From Campylobacterota bacterium (lineage in GTDB: Bacteria > Campylobacterota > Campylobacteria > Campylobacterales > Arcobacteraceae), in NCBI GenBank assembly GCA_051746405.1, contig JBNJFB010000023.1:1-33213 (forward strand): a DNA stretch of 33,213 bases. Direction: 5' to 3'. The notes beneath the pieces were generated by a model. That model was not told where the DNA came from. It saw only the letters and a list, made by a program, of their open reading frames with translations, and made no database searches. Made by a program: the position numbers and the translations under genes. This document shows, in pieces, positions 7,441-16,559 of the stretch (positions are counted from its first letter, which is position 1; the number at the start of each line of letters is the position of its first letter).

Positions 7441-10185
7441 ATGTTCAAAAGAGGAATTTTATTAGTATTGTTAAGTTTTTCATTTCTTTTTTCCCAAGAA
7501 ATTGATTTAAATAATCCAATGGTGCAAGAGTATTTAAAGAAAAATGGTATAGAAAAACCAACAAAAAAAGAGGATATAGAGATTCTTAAAAATCTATCTA
7601 ATAAAACTCAAACAAATCAAAAAGAAGAGTCAAATGATGATTTAAGTGATGATTTAAATGAAGATGAAAAAGAAAAAGAAAATTATGAAGATGATAAAAA
7701 CAAAGATGATAAGAAAAAAGAGGATGAGAATAAAACAAGTGATAATCCTTTCTTCTATAACTCTAAAGAGAAGATAGTTGCTAAAATAGAAGAGAATAAA
7801 ATAGATTTAAAAGATAAAAGTCCCAAGGAGCTTAAAAGATTTGGGTTAAGCTTTTTTAATGAAACTTCAAATGAACCTTTATCATATATAACTCCACCTG
7901 ATGATTATGTATTATCAAAAGGTGATACTATGAAAGTCTCTATTTATGGCTCACAAAATATAGACTATGACTTGACAATAGATAGGGATGGTAGTGTAAA
8001 TATACCAAAAATTGGGAAGCTTCAACTTGAAAATAAAGAGTATCAGCAAGCAAAGAGTTTTTTGCTTAGTAAATTAGGTGCATTTTATCCAAACTCTGAA
8101 GTATTTGTTTCAATATCTGAGCTAAGAACAATCACAGTAACTGTAACAGGAGAAGCTAAAAATCCAGGTCAATATAACTTACCTGCACTATCAAAAGTAA
8201 AAGATGCTTTAATATACTCATCTGGAATTACAGATATAGGTAGTGTAAGAGATGTTAAGGTTTTAAGAGATGATAAAACTATCTCAAACTTTGATTTATA
8301 TTCACTTTTAAGAGGTGGAAAAGCTAAAGGTGATATTCACTTAAGAAGTGGTGATGTGGTATATGTACCCGTTGCAAATAAATTAGTGAAGTTACTAAAT
8401 GGAGTTAAAAAACCAGCTATTTATGAGCTTAAAAGTGGTGAGAAGTTAAGCAAACTTATTGATTTTTCAGGGGGACTTTTAAGTGATTCTATTAAAACTG
8501 CAAAGCTAAAAAGAAGTGAAGATGGTAAAAAAAGATTTATTGATATAAGTCTTTCAAAAAATATTCCACTAAAAGATGGAGATGTGATATCTATTTTACC
8601 TAGTTCTAATTTCTATGAAAATAGGGTGACTTTATTGGGTAATGTATATAGAGATGAGTCTTATGAAATATCAAAAGATGAATCATTGAGTCAACTACTT
8701 AATAGAGTAATAGAAAAATACGGTATGGAAAATATATTTATGCCAGAAACAGATATGAACTACGTAGTTGTAAAAAGAGTTGATAATCAAACATTGGAAA
8801 GTAAAATATTTTCAAAAAATCTAACAAAAGTTATAGATAAAAAAGAGGACTTAAAACTTAAAAGTGAAGATAAAATATTTATATTTAATAAAAATCTAAC
8901 TGAAGATATAAAGTATGTTTTAGTTGAGGGTGAAGTTCTAAATGAGGGAAAAGTAAACTTTTATAGCGGGATGAAACTAATAGATGCCCTAAGTTTTGCA
9001 GGACTTAAAAAAGAGTCAGATACGAATAGCATAAGAGTTATTTCATATGATGATAGATTAAATCAAACAGTAAAGTTTTACTCTTTAAAAGATGCAAATA
9101 GTGTTAGTTTGACAAAGTATGATGAGATAAAAGTAAGTAACTATTTTGATACAAGTGATTTTTCCACTGTAACTATAAAAGGTGCAGTTAACGAACCTGG
9201 AGTTTTCCAATATAGTAAAAACTTAGATATAAAAGATTTGATAAATTATGCTAATGGATTAAAAAAGAGTGCAAGACTTGACTCCTTTGAGTTAATATCT
9301 TATAAAACTGTTAATAACCAAAGAGTACCAAGTATTAAGAAGTTAAATTTAAAAGATGCTCTTAGAAAGAATATTGCACTAAATGAGTATGATGAGGTTA
9401 TTGTTCAAGAGATTAATGGCTGGAATGAAAGAAGTACAGTGACTTTAAGTGGGGAGGTACTATTTCCAGGTGAGTATATTTTAACTCCAGGTGAGAAAAT
9501 ATCTGATTTAATTAAAAGAGCCGGTGGCTTTACAAATGAAGCGTTTATAAGAGGTGCTGTTTTTACAAGAGAAGATGTGAAAAAAATACAACAAGATGCA
9601 CTACAAAAGCAAGTAAAAGAGTTGGAAAACTCAATTATTTACTACTCAACAAGAGGTTCTCAAGCAGGTGAAAAAGATGATAATACTGTACTTTTAAACT
9701 ATATGGAAAAAATCAAAGCACAAGCAAAAGATATTGAAGTTGTTGGAAGAGTTGCTATTGATTTAAGAAAAGACTTAAAAGAGTTTAAAGACTCACAGTA
9801 TGATATGGTTTTAAAAGATGGAGATAGTCTTACAATTCCTACTTATGAAGATAGTGTTATGGTTATAGGTGAAGTTATGACACAAAATGCACTTACATGG
9901 AAAAAAAGTGATGATGTAATTGATTATATTCAAAGAGTTGGTGGTATGAAAGATAGTGCAAACAAAAAGGGAATCTTTGTAATAAAAGCAAATGGGGAAG
10001 CTAAAAAAGTAGGATATAGCTCTATTTTTGGACTATCATCAGTTGATGTTCAAAGAGGTGATGTTATTGTAGTTCCATTTGATTTATCCCAATTTAGTAA
10101 TATTAAATATGCAAAAGATATTACAAGTGTGATTTATCAACTAGCTGTTTCAGCTGCATCACTTAAAACTTTAGGTGCTTTATAA
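7441..10185 (+). CDS. Large SLBB-repeat polysaccharide export protein (OPX; Wza/KpsD/OtnA-like)
   Basis: Sec signal without lipobox Cys; acidic low-complexity linker; Poly_export motif PPDDYVLSKGD...IDRDGSVNIPKIG; seven SLBB-type starts (VTVTGEAKNPG, VKLLNGVKKPA, VTLLGNVY, VLVEGEVLNEG, VTIKGAVNEPG, VTLSGEVLFPG, VMVIGEV); C-terminal amphipathic helix KDITSVIYQLAVSAASL. Confidence 0.9.
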   Translation: MFKRGILLVLLSFSFLFSQEIDLNNPMVQEYLKKNGIEKPTKKEDIEILKNLSNKTQTNQKEESNDDLSDDLNEDEKEKENYEDDKNKDDKKKEDENKTSDNPFFYNSKEKIVAKIEENKIDLKDKSPKELKRFGLSFFNETSNEPLSYITPPDDYVLSKGDTMKVSIYGSQNIDYDLTIDRDGSVNIPKIGKLQLENKEYQQAKSFLLSKLGAFYPNSEVFVSISELRTITVTVTGEAKNPGQYNLPALSKVKDALIYSSGITDIGSVRDVKVLRDDKTISNFDLYSLLRGGKAKGDIHLRSGDVVYVPVANKLVKLLNGVKKPAIYELKSGEKLSKLIDFSGGLLSDSIKTAKLKRSEDGKKRFIDISLSKNIPLKDGDVISILPSSNFYENRVTLLGNVYRDESYEISKDESLSQLLNRVIEKYGMENIFMPETDMNYVVVKRVDNQTLESKIFSKNLTKVIDKKEDLKLKSEDKIFIFNKNLTEDIKYVLVEGEVLNEGKVNFYSGMKLIDALSFAGLKKESDTNSIRVISYDDRLNQTVKFYSLKDANSVSLTKYDEIKVSNYFDTSDFSTVTIKGAVNEPGVFQYSKNLDIKDLINYANGLKKSARLDSFELISYKTVNNQRVPSIKKLNLKDALRKNIALNEYDEVIVQEINGWNERSTVTLSGEVLFPGEYILTPGEKISDLIKRAGGFTNEAFIRGAVFTREDVKKIQQDALQKQVKELENSIIYYSTRGSQAGEKDDNTVLLNYMEKIKAQAKDIEVVGRVAIDLRKDLKEFKDSQYDMVLKDGDSLTIPTYEDSVMVIGEVMTQNALTWKKSDDVIDYIQRVGGMKDSANKKGIFVIKANGEAKKVGYSSIFGLSSVDVQRGDVIVVPFDLSQFSNIKYAKDITSVIYQLAVSAASLKTLGAL

Positions 10186-10189
10186 TAGT

Positions 10190-10594
10190 ATGAAGCAAGC
10201 TTTATCTTTGATTGAGGTTTTAGTAAGTGTTGTAGTTATAACTATTGCTATAGGAGCACTTCTAAAAACAAACAATCAAAGCTTTAAAGCTGTAGAAAAT
10301 CTAAAAAAACAGAATAACCAGCAAACTGCTTTAAATGTATTCTCAATAGTTGCAATAAGTAACCCAAAAGATACAAAATACTACTTATCTGATTTAGTAA
10401 AAGGCTTAGATATAGAAAAACTAGATAGAGAGTTTAAAGATATTAAATATGAGATAGATGTTGAGAAGTTAAGACAAGAAGAGTTTAATCCTGGCATGGG
10501 TTTTTCATTAACCTTAAACCCACAAAAAATAGTTATATATAATGATAAGTTTCAAAAAGAGTTTGTTATACCAAGTGAGCTTAGTCTAAAATAA
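10190..10594 (+). CDS. Minor pseudopilin, GspI-like
   Basis: Prepilin-type N-terminus MKQA|LSLIEVLVSVVVI (E5). Likely start is ATG 10190, 4 bp after the SLBB stop. Size and position next to a J-like gene fit GspI. Confidence 0.7.
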   Translation: MKQALSLIEVLVSVVVITIAIGALLKTNNQSFKAVENLKKQNNQQTALNVFSIVAISNPKDTKYYLSDLVKGLDIEKLDREFKDIKYEIDVEKLRQEEFNPGMGFSLTLNPQKIVIYNDKFQKEFVIPSELSLK

Positions 10595-11124
10595 TGAAAA
10601 AAGCATTTACTTTAGTAGAAGTTTTAATATCAGTTGCACTACTATCTATTATATTAGTCTTCTTGATAAAACTTCTTGATAATACAAAAAAAACAGAAGA
10701 GGTTTTTACAACTCAAGCAACGCAGCTATTAAAGTATGAAGAGTTTAAAGAGTTAGTATCAAATGATTTTTTTTATAATGAAAACACTGAAGATAATAAA
10801 AAAACTGAAAATTTAAAAATTAAGAAAAATAGTGATGATAATCATATTTTAAATATAACTACATCAAATATTTTCTATGATATATCTTTTGATAAAGTCT
10901 CATATATACTCTCAAAAGAGGGAAGTTTATTTAGAGTTGAATCAAATAAGTATATTAATAAAAAAAACTCAAATCTAGCTTTGCTTGAAAAATCATATAT
11001 AACAAAGCTTATTGAAAATGTAGAGTACTTTAGAGTTTCAAAAGTAGAAAAAACAGATGCTTATGTAGTATATTTAAAGACATCTCAAAAAGAGATGATG
11101 TTTACTGTAATGAGTGGTTTTTAA
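10594..11124 (+). CDS. Minor pseudopilin, GspJ-like
   Basis: MKKA|FTLVEVLISVALLSII N-methylation motif; TAATG stop/start overlap with the upstream gene; YILSKEGSLFRVE resembles the GspJ beta-sheet region. Confidence 0.75.
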   Translation: MKKAFTLVEVLISVALLSIILVFLIKLLDNTKKTEEVFTTQATQLLKYEEFKELVSNDFFYNENTEDNKKTENLKIKKNSDDNHILNITTSNIFYDISFDKVSYILSKEGSLFRVESNKYINKKNSNLALLEKSYITKLIENVEYFRVSKVEKTDAYVVYLKTSQKEMMFTVMSGF

Positions 11125-11133
11125 TAATTTTTT

Positions 11134-11142
11134 TGATAGAAT
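11134..11142 (+). promoter_or_regulatory. Candidate internal extended -10 promoter upstream of gspG
   Basis: TGATAGAAT in the only sizeable intergenic gap (45 bp) of the operon, followed by an AAGG RBS before ATG 11170. Confidence 0.35.
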
Positions 11143-11169
11143 ATCCCAATTATAAATTAAAGGTTTTAA

Positions 11170-11583
11170 ATGATTGAAGAGAAAAATAGTTTGAAAAGAA
11201 GAGGTTTCAAAAAGGCATTTTCTTTAATAGAGTTAATGGTAGTAATTGTAATACTTAGTCTATTAGCAGCTTTTGTTTTGCCAAACCTTACAGGAAAAGG
11301 TGAAGATGCAAAAAATAGCATAACTTGTGTTCAACTAAAAAGTATTTCTCAAACACTAAAAATGTACAAAATAGATAATAGCTCATATCCAAGTACCACA
11401 CAGGGCTTAGATGTTTTATCAAAACAGAACTATTTTGAAGATGGAAAACTACCAAAAGACCCATGGGGAAGTAACTATATCTATACTAACAACAGTGGTG
11501 ATATAGAGATAATATCATTAGGTGCCAATAAAAAAGAGGGTGGTGGTGATGATATATATTTAAGTAAATGTGGTGATAAGTAG
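11170..11583 (+). CDS. gspG: Type II secretion major pseudopilin GspG
   Basis: KA|FSLIELMVVIVILSLLAAFVLPNL, YKIDNSSYPST, LPKDPWGSNYIY and SLGANKKEGGGDDI, all characteristic GspG motifs. Confidence 0.92.
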   Translation: MIEEKNSLKRRGFKKAFSLIELMVVIVILSLLAAFVLPNLTGKGEDAKNSITCVQLKSISQTLKMYKIDNSSYPSTTQGLDVLSKQNYFEDGKLPKDPWGSNYIYTNNSGDIEIISLGANKKEGGGDDIYLSKCGDK

Positions 11584-11585
11584 TC

Positions 11586-12098
11586 TTGAGAAAAAGAGCT
11601 TTTACACTTACTGAACTAATTTTAGTAATAGTTTTAGTAAGTGTAATCTATATGCTAGCATTTTCAAACCTCTCTTTATTTAATAGCTCATCAAAAATAA
11701 AACTATCGAACCTCAAGTCATATTTAAAAAAACAGAGCTTTGAAAATAGTCTAAAACTAATCTGCTTAGAAAATAAAGAAGAGTGTGTTATTTATTTAGA
11801 CAACAAACCAACAAAAAAGATTCAAAATCCATTTGGTAAGATTTTATCAGTTTATAAAAACGATGAGAATAGAAAAAGAGTATATTTTGATGATATTAAG
11901 CTAGATAAATTTTATGAAAGAGTGAGTTTAAACTTATACTTAGATAAAAAAGGACTACACAATAACTATATAGTTCAAAATGAAGATAACTATATAGTAT
12001 TAGATAGTTTAAAAAGTAGCTTTTTTGCATATGAAAATCTAAATGACTATTTACAACAAAAAGAAAAAAATATAGCAGAGGTAAAAAATGCTTTTTAA
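11586..12098 (+). CDS. Minor pseudopilin, GspH-like
   Basis: TTG start; RKRA|FTLTELILVIVLVS prepilin motif; immediately follows gspG. Confidence 0.7.
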   Translation: MRKRAFTLTELILVIVLVSVIYMLAFSNLSLFNSSSKIKLSNLKSYLKKQSFENSLKLICLENKEECVIYLDNKPTKKIQNPFGKILSVYKNDENRKRVYFDDIKLDKFYERVSLNLYLDKKGLHNNYIVQNEDNYIVLDSLKSSFFAYENLNDYLQQKEKNIAEVKNAF

Positions 12099-13305
12099 GT
12101 ACACAGGTATCTCAAAAGATGGTAAAAAAGTAAAATCTCAAATCGAAGCAAAAGATGAACAAGAAGCAAAAAGTAAACTAAAAGCACAAAATATTATTTA
12201 TACAAGTTTACAAGAAGATAGTTTTAATATCTCTCTTTTTTCAAATATTAAAATAAAAAGAAAACTTAACAGTTCAATACTTTCTGATATAAGTAGAGAT
12301 TTAAGTATCTATTTAAAATCAGGTATATCTCTTGTAAATAGTATAAAATTAATCGCAAATAGATATAAAAATAGTAAAAAAGTCTATCTCTTTTTAGATG
12401 TTGTAAACTCATACTTGCAAGAGGGAAAAGGTTTTTATACAGCACTTGAAGAGCAAAAAGTATATGATTTACCAACTTTTTATAAGCAATCAATAAAAGT
12501 AAGTGAAACAAGTGGATTATTAGACTCTGTACTTGAAGAGTTGTCGATTTTTTTAAAAGACCAAGAACAGATAAAAAAACAGACTGTTTCAGCTATTGTA
12601 TATCCATCATTTATGCTTATTGTATCAATTTTTGTTGTTGGATTTATGCTAAGTTTTGTTGTACCAAAAATCACATCTATTTTTCAACAGTTTGACCAAG
12701 AACTTCCTGCAATAACAAGTTTTGTGATAAATGCAGGAGATTTTATGCAAAGCTACTTCTCTTTAATGGTATTAGTATTGGTATTACTGTTTGCACTTTT
12801 TATTTTTACTCTAAAAAAATATCCAAAAGTCAAGTTTGCATATGATAAATTTTTGTTAAAACTACCACTATTTAAAACAATATCTTTATATAGTGAGTTA
12901 AGTAGATTTGCTTATATGAACTCTATTTTAATATCTTCAGGTGTTCCTACTGTACAAGCTTTTAAACTGTCAAGCAATATTTTAAAAAATAGTGTTATAA
13001 AAGAGGTATTTATAAATGCTACAAATAAGGTAGTTGAGGGTGAGTCTTTATCTAAGATGTTAGAACAATCAAAAACATATAAAATCGAAACATCATTTAT
13101 ACAAGCCATAGCAATAGGTGAGCAAACAAGTCAGCTGCATAGTGTATTAAAAAACTTAGCAAAAGTTTACAATGAATCAAACAAAAATAAAATCTCCATT
13201 CTTTTATCTTTGTTAGAACCTATACTTATGCTTTTAGTGGGAAGTATTATAGGGTTTATTGTAATAGCTATGTTATTACCAATTTTCTCAATGAGTATTG
13301 CATAA
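12088..13305 (+). CDS. gspF: Type II secretion inner-membrane platform protein GspF
   Basis: FKYTGISKDGKKVK N-terminus; two T2SSF repeats (LSIYLKSGISL...ETSGLL; LISSGVP...GEQTSQL); AIVYPSF; LLEPILMLLVG...AMLLPIF. Confidence 0.95.
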   Translation: MLFKYTGISKDGKKVKSQIEAKDEQEAKSKLKAQNIIYTSLQEDSFNISLFSNIKIKRKLNSSILSDISRDLSIYLKSGISLVNSIKLIANRYKNSKKVYLFLDVVNSYLQEGKGFYTALEEQKVYDLPTFYKQSIKVSETSGLLDSVLEELSIFLKDQEQIKKQTVSAIVYPSFMLIVSIFVVGFMLSFVVPKITSIFQQFDQELPAITSFVINAGDFMQSYFSLMVLVLVLLFALFIFTLKKYPKVKFAYDKFLLKLPLFKTISLYSELSRFAYMNSILISSGVPTVQAFKLSSNILKNSVIKEVFINATNKVVEGESLSKMLEQSKTYKIETSFIQAIAIGEQTSQLHSVLKNLAKVYNESNKNKISILLSLLEPILMLLVGSIIGFIVIAMLLPIFSMSIA

Positions 13306-13309
13306 GATT

Positions 13310-13915
13310 ATGAAAAAAGCTGTTGTACTGTTAATTACTTTAGCTATAATCTCTGTATTATCAGTTATTATTTTAAATAACCTAACAACAGTTGATAATA
13401 TACTTACTAAAAAAGCATACTCAACAAATAAAACAACTGCAACTTTTATAGCAAAAAAAATAAATGAAGAGATAACAAAATTAGTCTCTAACAATCAAGA
13501 AAATATTAAGGAAATACTAGAAGATGATGGTATTGGCTCCATTGGTTTTACTTATGATAAAAATAGTTTTTTTATTAACTACTTAAGTTACCATGAGAAA
13601 ATATATAGACTAAAAGATTTAGAAAAAGAAAATTTTCAGTTGAAAAGATTTTTGCAAAACAGTGACTTAAATATAACTAATGTAGTTAATTATAAGCAAC
13701 AAGATTATATAATAGCCACTTATTTAGCAAGATATAATGATAATAGAATTAGTGAAATAGAAAATGATATTACATATTTAAATGATTTAAAGATTACTCA
13801 GCCAAACTATTATGAGTGTATGTACACTTTTTCACATCAAGGTATTGAGTATAAAGTAAAGATTTTATTTAAAGAAAATGAACAGAAGGTCGAAGAGTTT
13901 GAAATTTGGAATTAG
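13310..13915 (+). CDS. GspK-like atypical pseudopilin (short)
   Basis: MKKA|VVLLITLAIISVLSVI: prepilin-like leader lacking E5, as is typical for GspK. Lies between gspF and the L-like gene. Likely start is ATG 13310. Confidence 0.55.
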   Translation: MKKAVVLLITLAIISVLSVIILNNLTTVDNILTKKAYSTNKTTATFIAKKINEEITKLVSNNQENIKEILEDDGIGSIGFTYDKNSFFINYLSYHEKIYRLKDLEKENFQLKRFLQNSDLNITNVVNYKQQDYIIATYLARYNDNRISEIENDITYLNDLKITQPNYYECMYTFSHQGIEYKVKILFKENEQKVEEFEIWN

Positions 13916-14837
13916 TGAAAAACCTAAGGTTGTTTTTTGTGACAAAGACTATACACACAAGCAAACAAATAGCAAAGTAGATATAATACTATCACCTCAA
14001 TTTTATTGGGTAAGAAAGTTTAATCTCCCAGCAAAAAATAGAAATGAAGCATTAAAACTTCTACCTGCAATGTTTGAAGAGTATATTCCACAAGGTAGCT
14101 ATGACTATTTTTGTGTAAAACTTCAAGAGAATAGTTTTTTGTGTTTTGCATATGAAAATGAAAAGATTCTAAATTTTTTAAAAAAAGCAAATTTTAATAT
14201 ATCTAAAATAAACAAAGTAAGATTTGCACAAACAGAGTTTCTCTCCTTTGAAGATAGTAGTTTACACTTTAACAATAAAAACTATATCTATAATAACGGC
14301 ATAATGCTTATGGTACCTTTTGAAACAAGATATGAAAATAGTCATGATATAAACAAAATATTACAAGATATAAAACTCTCAAAAAACAGTGTAAATTTTA
14401 AATTTTATAATAGTGTTTTAGATAAAAAGACAATTATTACTCTATGTATTATGATATTTATAATAGCTTTAGTAAACTTTTATAAAAACTATCAACTACA
14501 AGAGGAGGCTAAGCTATTAGAAGCTAATAAGCAAGAGCTAAAGAAGAAGTATGACTTACCACAAACAAGTTTTCAGCTTGAAGCTATACTAAAAGATTTA
14601 AAAACAACAAATACTAATCAAACAAATCTAAAAGAAACACTATCGCAGTTGTTAAAATACTACAAAGTTTCAACAAAAGTAAAACTAGATAACTTAACAG
14701 TAAATAGTAATACCATACAAGCTAGATTTGAAGGTGATAATTTAAATAGAGTTAAAAAATATTATGAAGATAATTACAAAGATATTAAAACAAGATATTA
14801 TCAAAGAAAGCTTATAATGGATATACCATATGAATAA
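13878..14837 (+). CDS. GspL-like assembly platform protein
   Basis: Cytoplasmic N-domain (ILSPQFYWVRKFNLP...ALKLLPAMFEEYI), one TM helix at about residue 185-200, periplasmic coiled coil plus small domain; position before M/N-like genes. Exact start uncertain. Confidence 0.6.
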   Translation: MNRRSKSLKFGISEKPKVVFCDKDYTHKQTNSKVDIILSPQFYWVRKFNLPAKNRNEALKLLPAMFEEYIPQGSYDYFCVKLQENSFLCFAYENEKILNFLKKANFNISKINKVRFAQTEFLSFEDSSLHFNNKNYIYNNGIMLMVPFETRYENSHDINKILQDIKLSKNSVNFKFYNSVLDKKTIITLCIMIFIIALVNFYKNYQLQEEAKLLEANKQELKKKYDLPQTSFQLEAILKDLKTTNTNQTNLKETLSQLLKYYKVSTKVKLDNLTVNSNTIQARFEGDNLNRVKKYYEDNYKDIKTRYYQRKLIMDIPYE

Positions 14838-15222
14838 AATAAATCCCATATACATACTCTTACTTTTTTTAGTAGTATTAATAATCTCATTTGTTAAGCT
14901 TGAAGAATCAAAGCAAAATCTAATAAAAGAGCAGAAAAACTTAACAGCTTTTAATAAAAAAGCAGTTGAGTTTAGCAACTTAAAAGAGTCAACATCAAAT
15001 AAAAGCTTAGAAGAGTTTATAAATAAAATAAGAAATAATACTCAATATAAAAAAGCAAATCTATCTATAGTAAATAAATCTAAAGGCTATATCATAAGGC
15101 TAAGAGCAAAAAATCAATACATACATCAAAAACTATTAAATGATATATTAAATAGTAACTTTAAAATAAAAAGTCTGAATATAGATAAATCAAAACTACA
15201 AATAGAGTTAAGCTATGAGTAA
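14830..15222 (+). CDS. GspM-like bitopic membrane protein
   Basis: N-terminal TM helix, coiled coil, short alpha/beta C-domain; overlaps both neighbours. Assigned by topology and synteny only. Confidence 0.5.
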   Translation: MNKINPIYILLLFLVVLIISFVKLEESKQNLIKEQKNLTAFNKKAVEFSNLKESTSNKSLEEFINKIRNNTQYKKANLSIVNKSKGYIIRLRAKNQYIHQKLLNDILNSNFKIKSLNIDKSKLQIELSYE

Positions 15223-15763
15223 ACTATATAAAATACTAAAACCTTTCATTTGGCTACTTTTGTTATTAGCAACTATTATAGTAACCTTGCCCAAGGCTAA
15301 CTTATATTATAAACTAGAAGAGTATCTAAAGCAAAAAGATGTGATAGTTCATGATGAGAGTGTAAATAGTTCACTTTTTGGTTTTAGTGTTGATAATGGA
15401 ATTATAAACTACAAACAAATAGATGGAGCTTATTTTAAGAGTTTAGATATCACAACAGCGTTAGTATATAATAAAATAGACCTAACAAATCTAAGAGTAA
15501 ATAAAAATCTACAAAGATTAATACCTACAAATATAGACTCACTACAGATTAAATACACTATTTTAAATCCAATAAAAGTAGATATAAAAGGAACAACCCA
15601 ACTAGGTTACATAACAGGTTATATAAATCTATATGAAAAGAGAGCTTTTGTAAAACTCGAACCAAAAAGAGCTTTAAACTCTTCTCAAAAAAGATTAATA
15701 AACTTTATGAAATATGAAAAAATATCAAATAAAGGAGTTTATACTTATGAATACAGTTACTAA
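15215..15763 (+). CDS. GspN-like protein
   Basis: N-terminal TM helix ending in TLPK followed by a beta-rich periplasmic region; follows the M-like gene. Assigned by topology and synteny. Confidence 0.5.
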   Translation: MSKLYKILKPFIWLLLLLATIIVTLPKANLYYKLEEYLKQKDVIVHDESVNSSLFGFSVDNGIINYKQIDGAYFKSLDITTALVYNKIDLTNLRVNKNLQRLIPTNIDSLQIKYTILNPIKVDIKGTTQLGYITGYINLYEKRAFVKLEPKRALNSSQKRLINFMKYEKISNKGVYTYEYSY

Positions 15764-16559
15764 CTCATTATTTGGTTTTTTATTAAAGTATTTAAAGCTT
15801 TTTATTATTATTTTTATTCTAAATAGTGCACTATTTATATATTTACCTAAAAAAACAGTTGATTATGTGCAAGATAACTCAAATAATCAAGCTTTTTATC
15901 ATATAAATCTCAATAAGGTTTTTGAAGAAAAACAAAAAAAACCTAAAAAAGTAGTAAGAAAAAAAGTTACAAAAAAGATAAACTCCATAGTTTTAAGTGC
16001 AATATATGCATTTGAAAATGAAACTGGATGGATTATAGTATCAACCAAATCAAATCCTAGAAATACAAAAATAATAACAGTAGGAGATAGATTTTTAGAC
16101 TATAAGCTAGTAAGGCTATATCCTAAAAAAGCAATTTTTCTACAAAATAGTGTTGAGTATGAAGTATCACTTGATAATAAAATAAATACAAAACCATTAT
16201 CACCAAGAAGTGTAAAGCCTAAAGAAGTTGATTATTCAAAACCTGTAGGTGTATCAAAAAAGTATGTAAAAAAGTATATGAAAGATTTTGATGCTATATG
16301 GAAGTCAATAGCAATAAAAGAGGTAGTTGATGCAAGTAAGAAAATAAAAGGGTTCAAAATATTATCAATCAAAAAAAACTCAGCTTTTTCAGAGCTTGGA
16401 TTAAGAAGAGGGGATGTGATAAAAAAAGTTAATAATATAACATTAAAAAGTTATGCAGATGCTTTTAATATATATAATCAAATCGACAAGTATGACAACT
16501 TGCAAATAACAGTTGAAAGAAAAGGTAAAGAAATGGAGATAAATTATGAGATTGACTAA
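15747..16559 (+). CDS. gspC: Type II secretion protein GspC with C-terminal PDZ domain
   Basis: TM helix; HR-like domain (IVLSAIY...IITVGDRFLDYKLVRLY); PDZ (GFKILSIKKNSAFSELGLRRGDVIKKVNN...VERKG). AAGGAG at 15732-15737 supports a start at ATG 15747; directly upstream of gspD. Confidence 0.8.
   Translation: MNTVTNSLFGFLLKYLKLFIIIFILNSALFIYLPKKTVDYVQDNSNNQAFYHINLNKVFEEKQKKPKKVVRKKVTKKINSIVLSAIYAFENETGWIIVSTKSNPRNTKIITVGDRFLDYKLVRLYPKKAIFLQNSVEYEVSLDNKINTKPLSPRSVKPKEVDYSKPVGVSKKYVKKYMKDFDAIWKSIAIKEVVDASKKIKGFKILSIKKNSAFSELGLRRGDVIKKVNNITLKSYADAFNIYNQIDKYDNLQITVERKGKEMEINYEID

Noticed and set aside
7600..7760. Repetitive GAT/GAA/AAA-rich stretch as a tandem repeat or CRISPR-like array
   Set aside because: It is a low-complexity D/E/K linker within the SLBB ORF with no fixed repeat unit or spacers. 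I saw no CRISPR array, tRNA, rRNA or transposase in the window.
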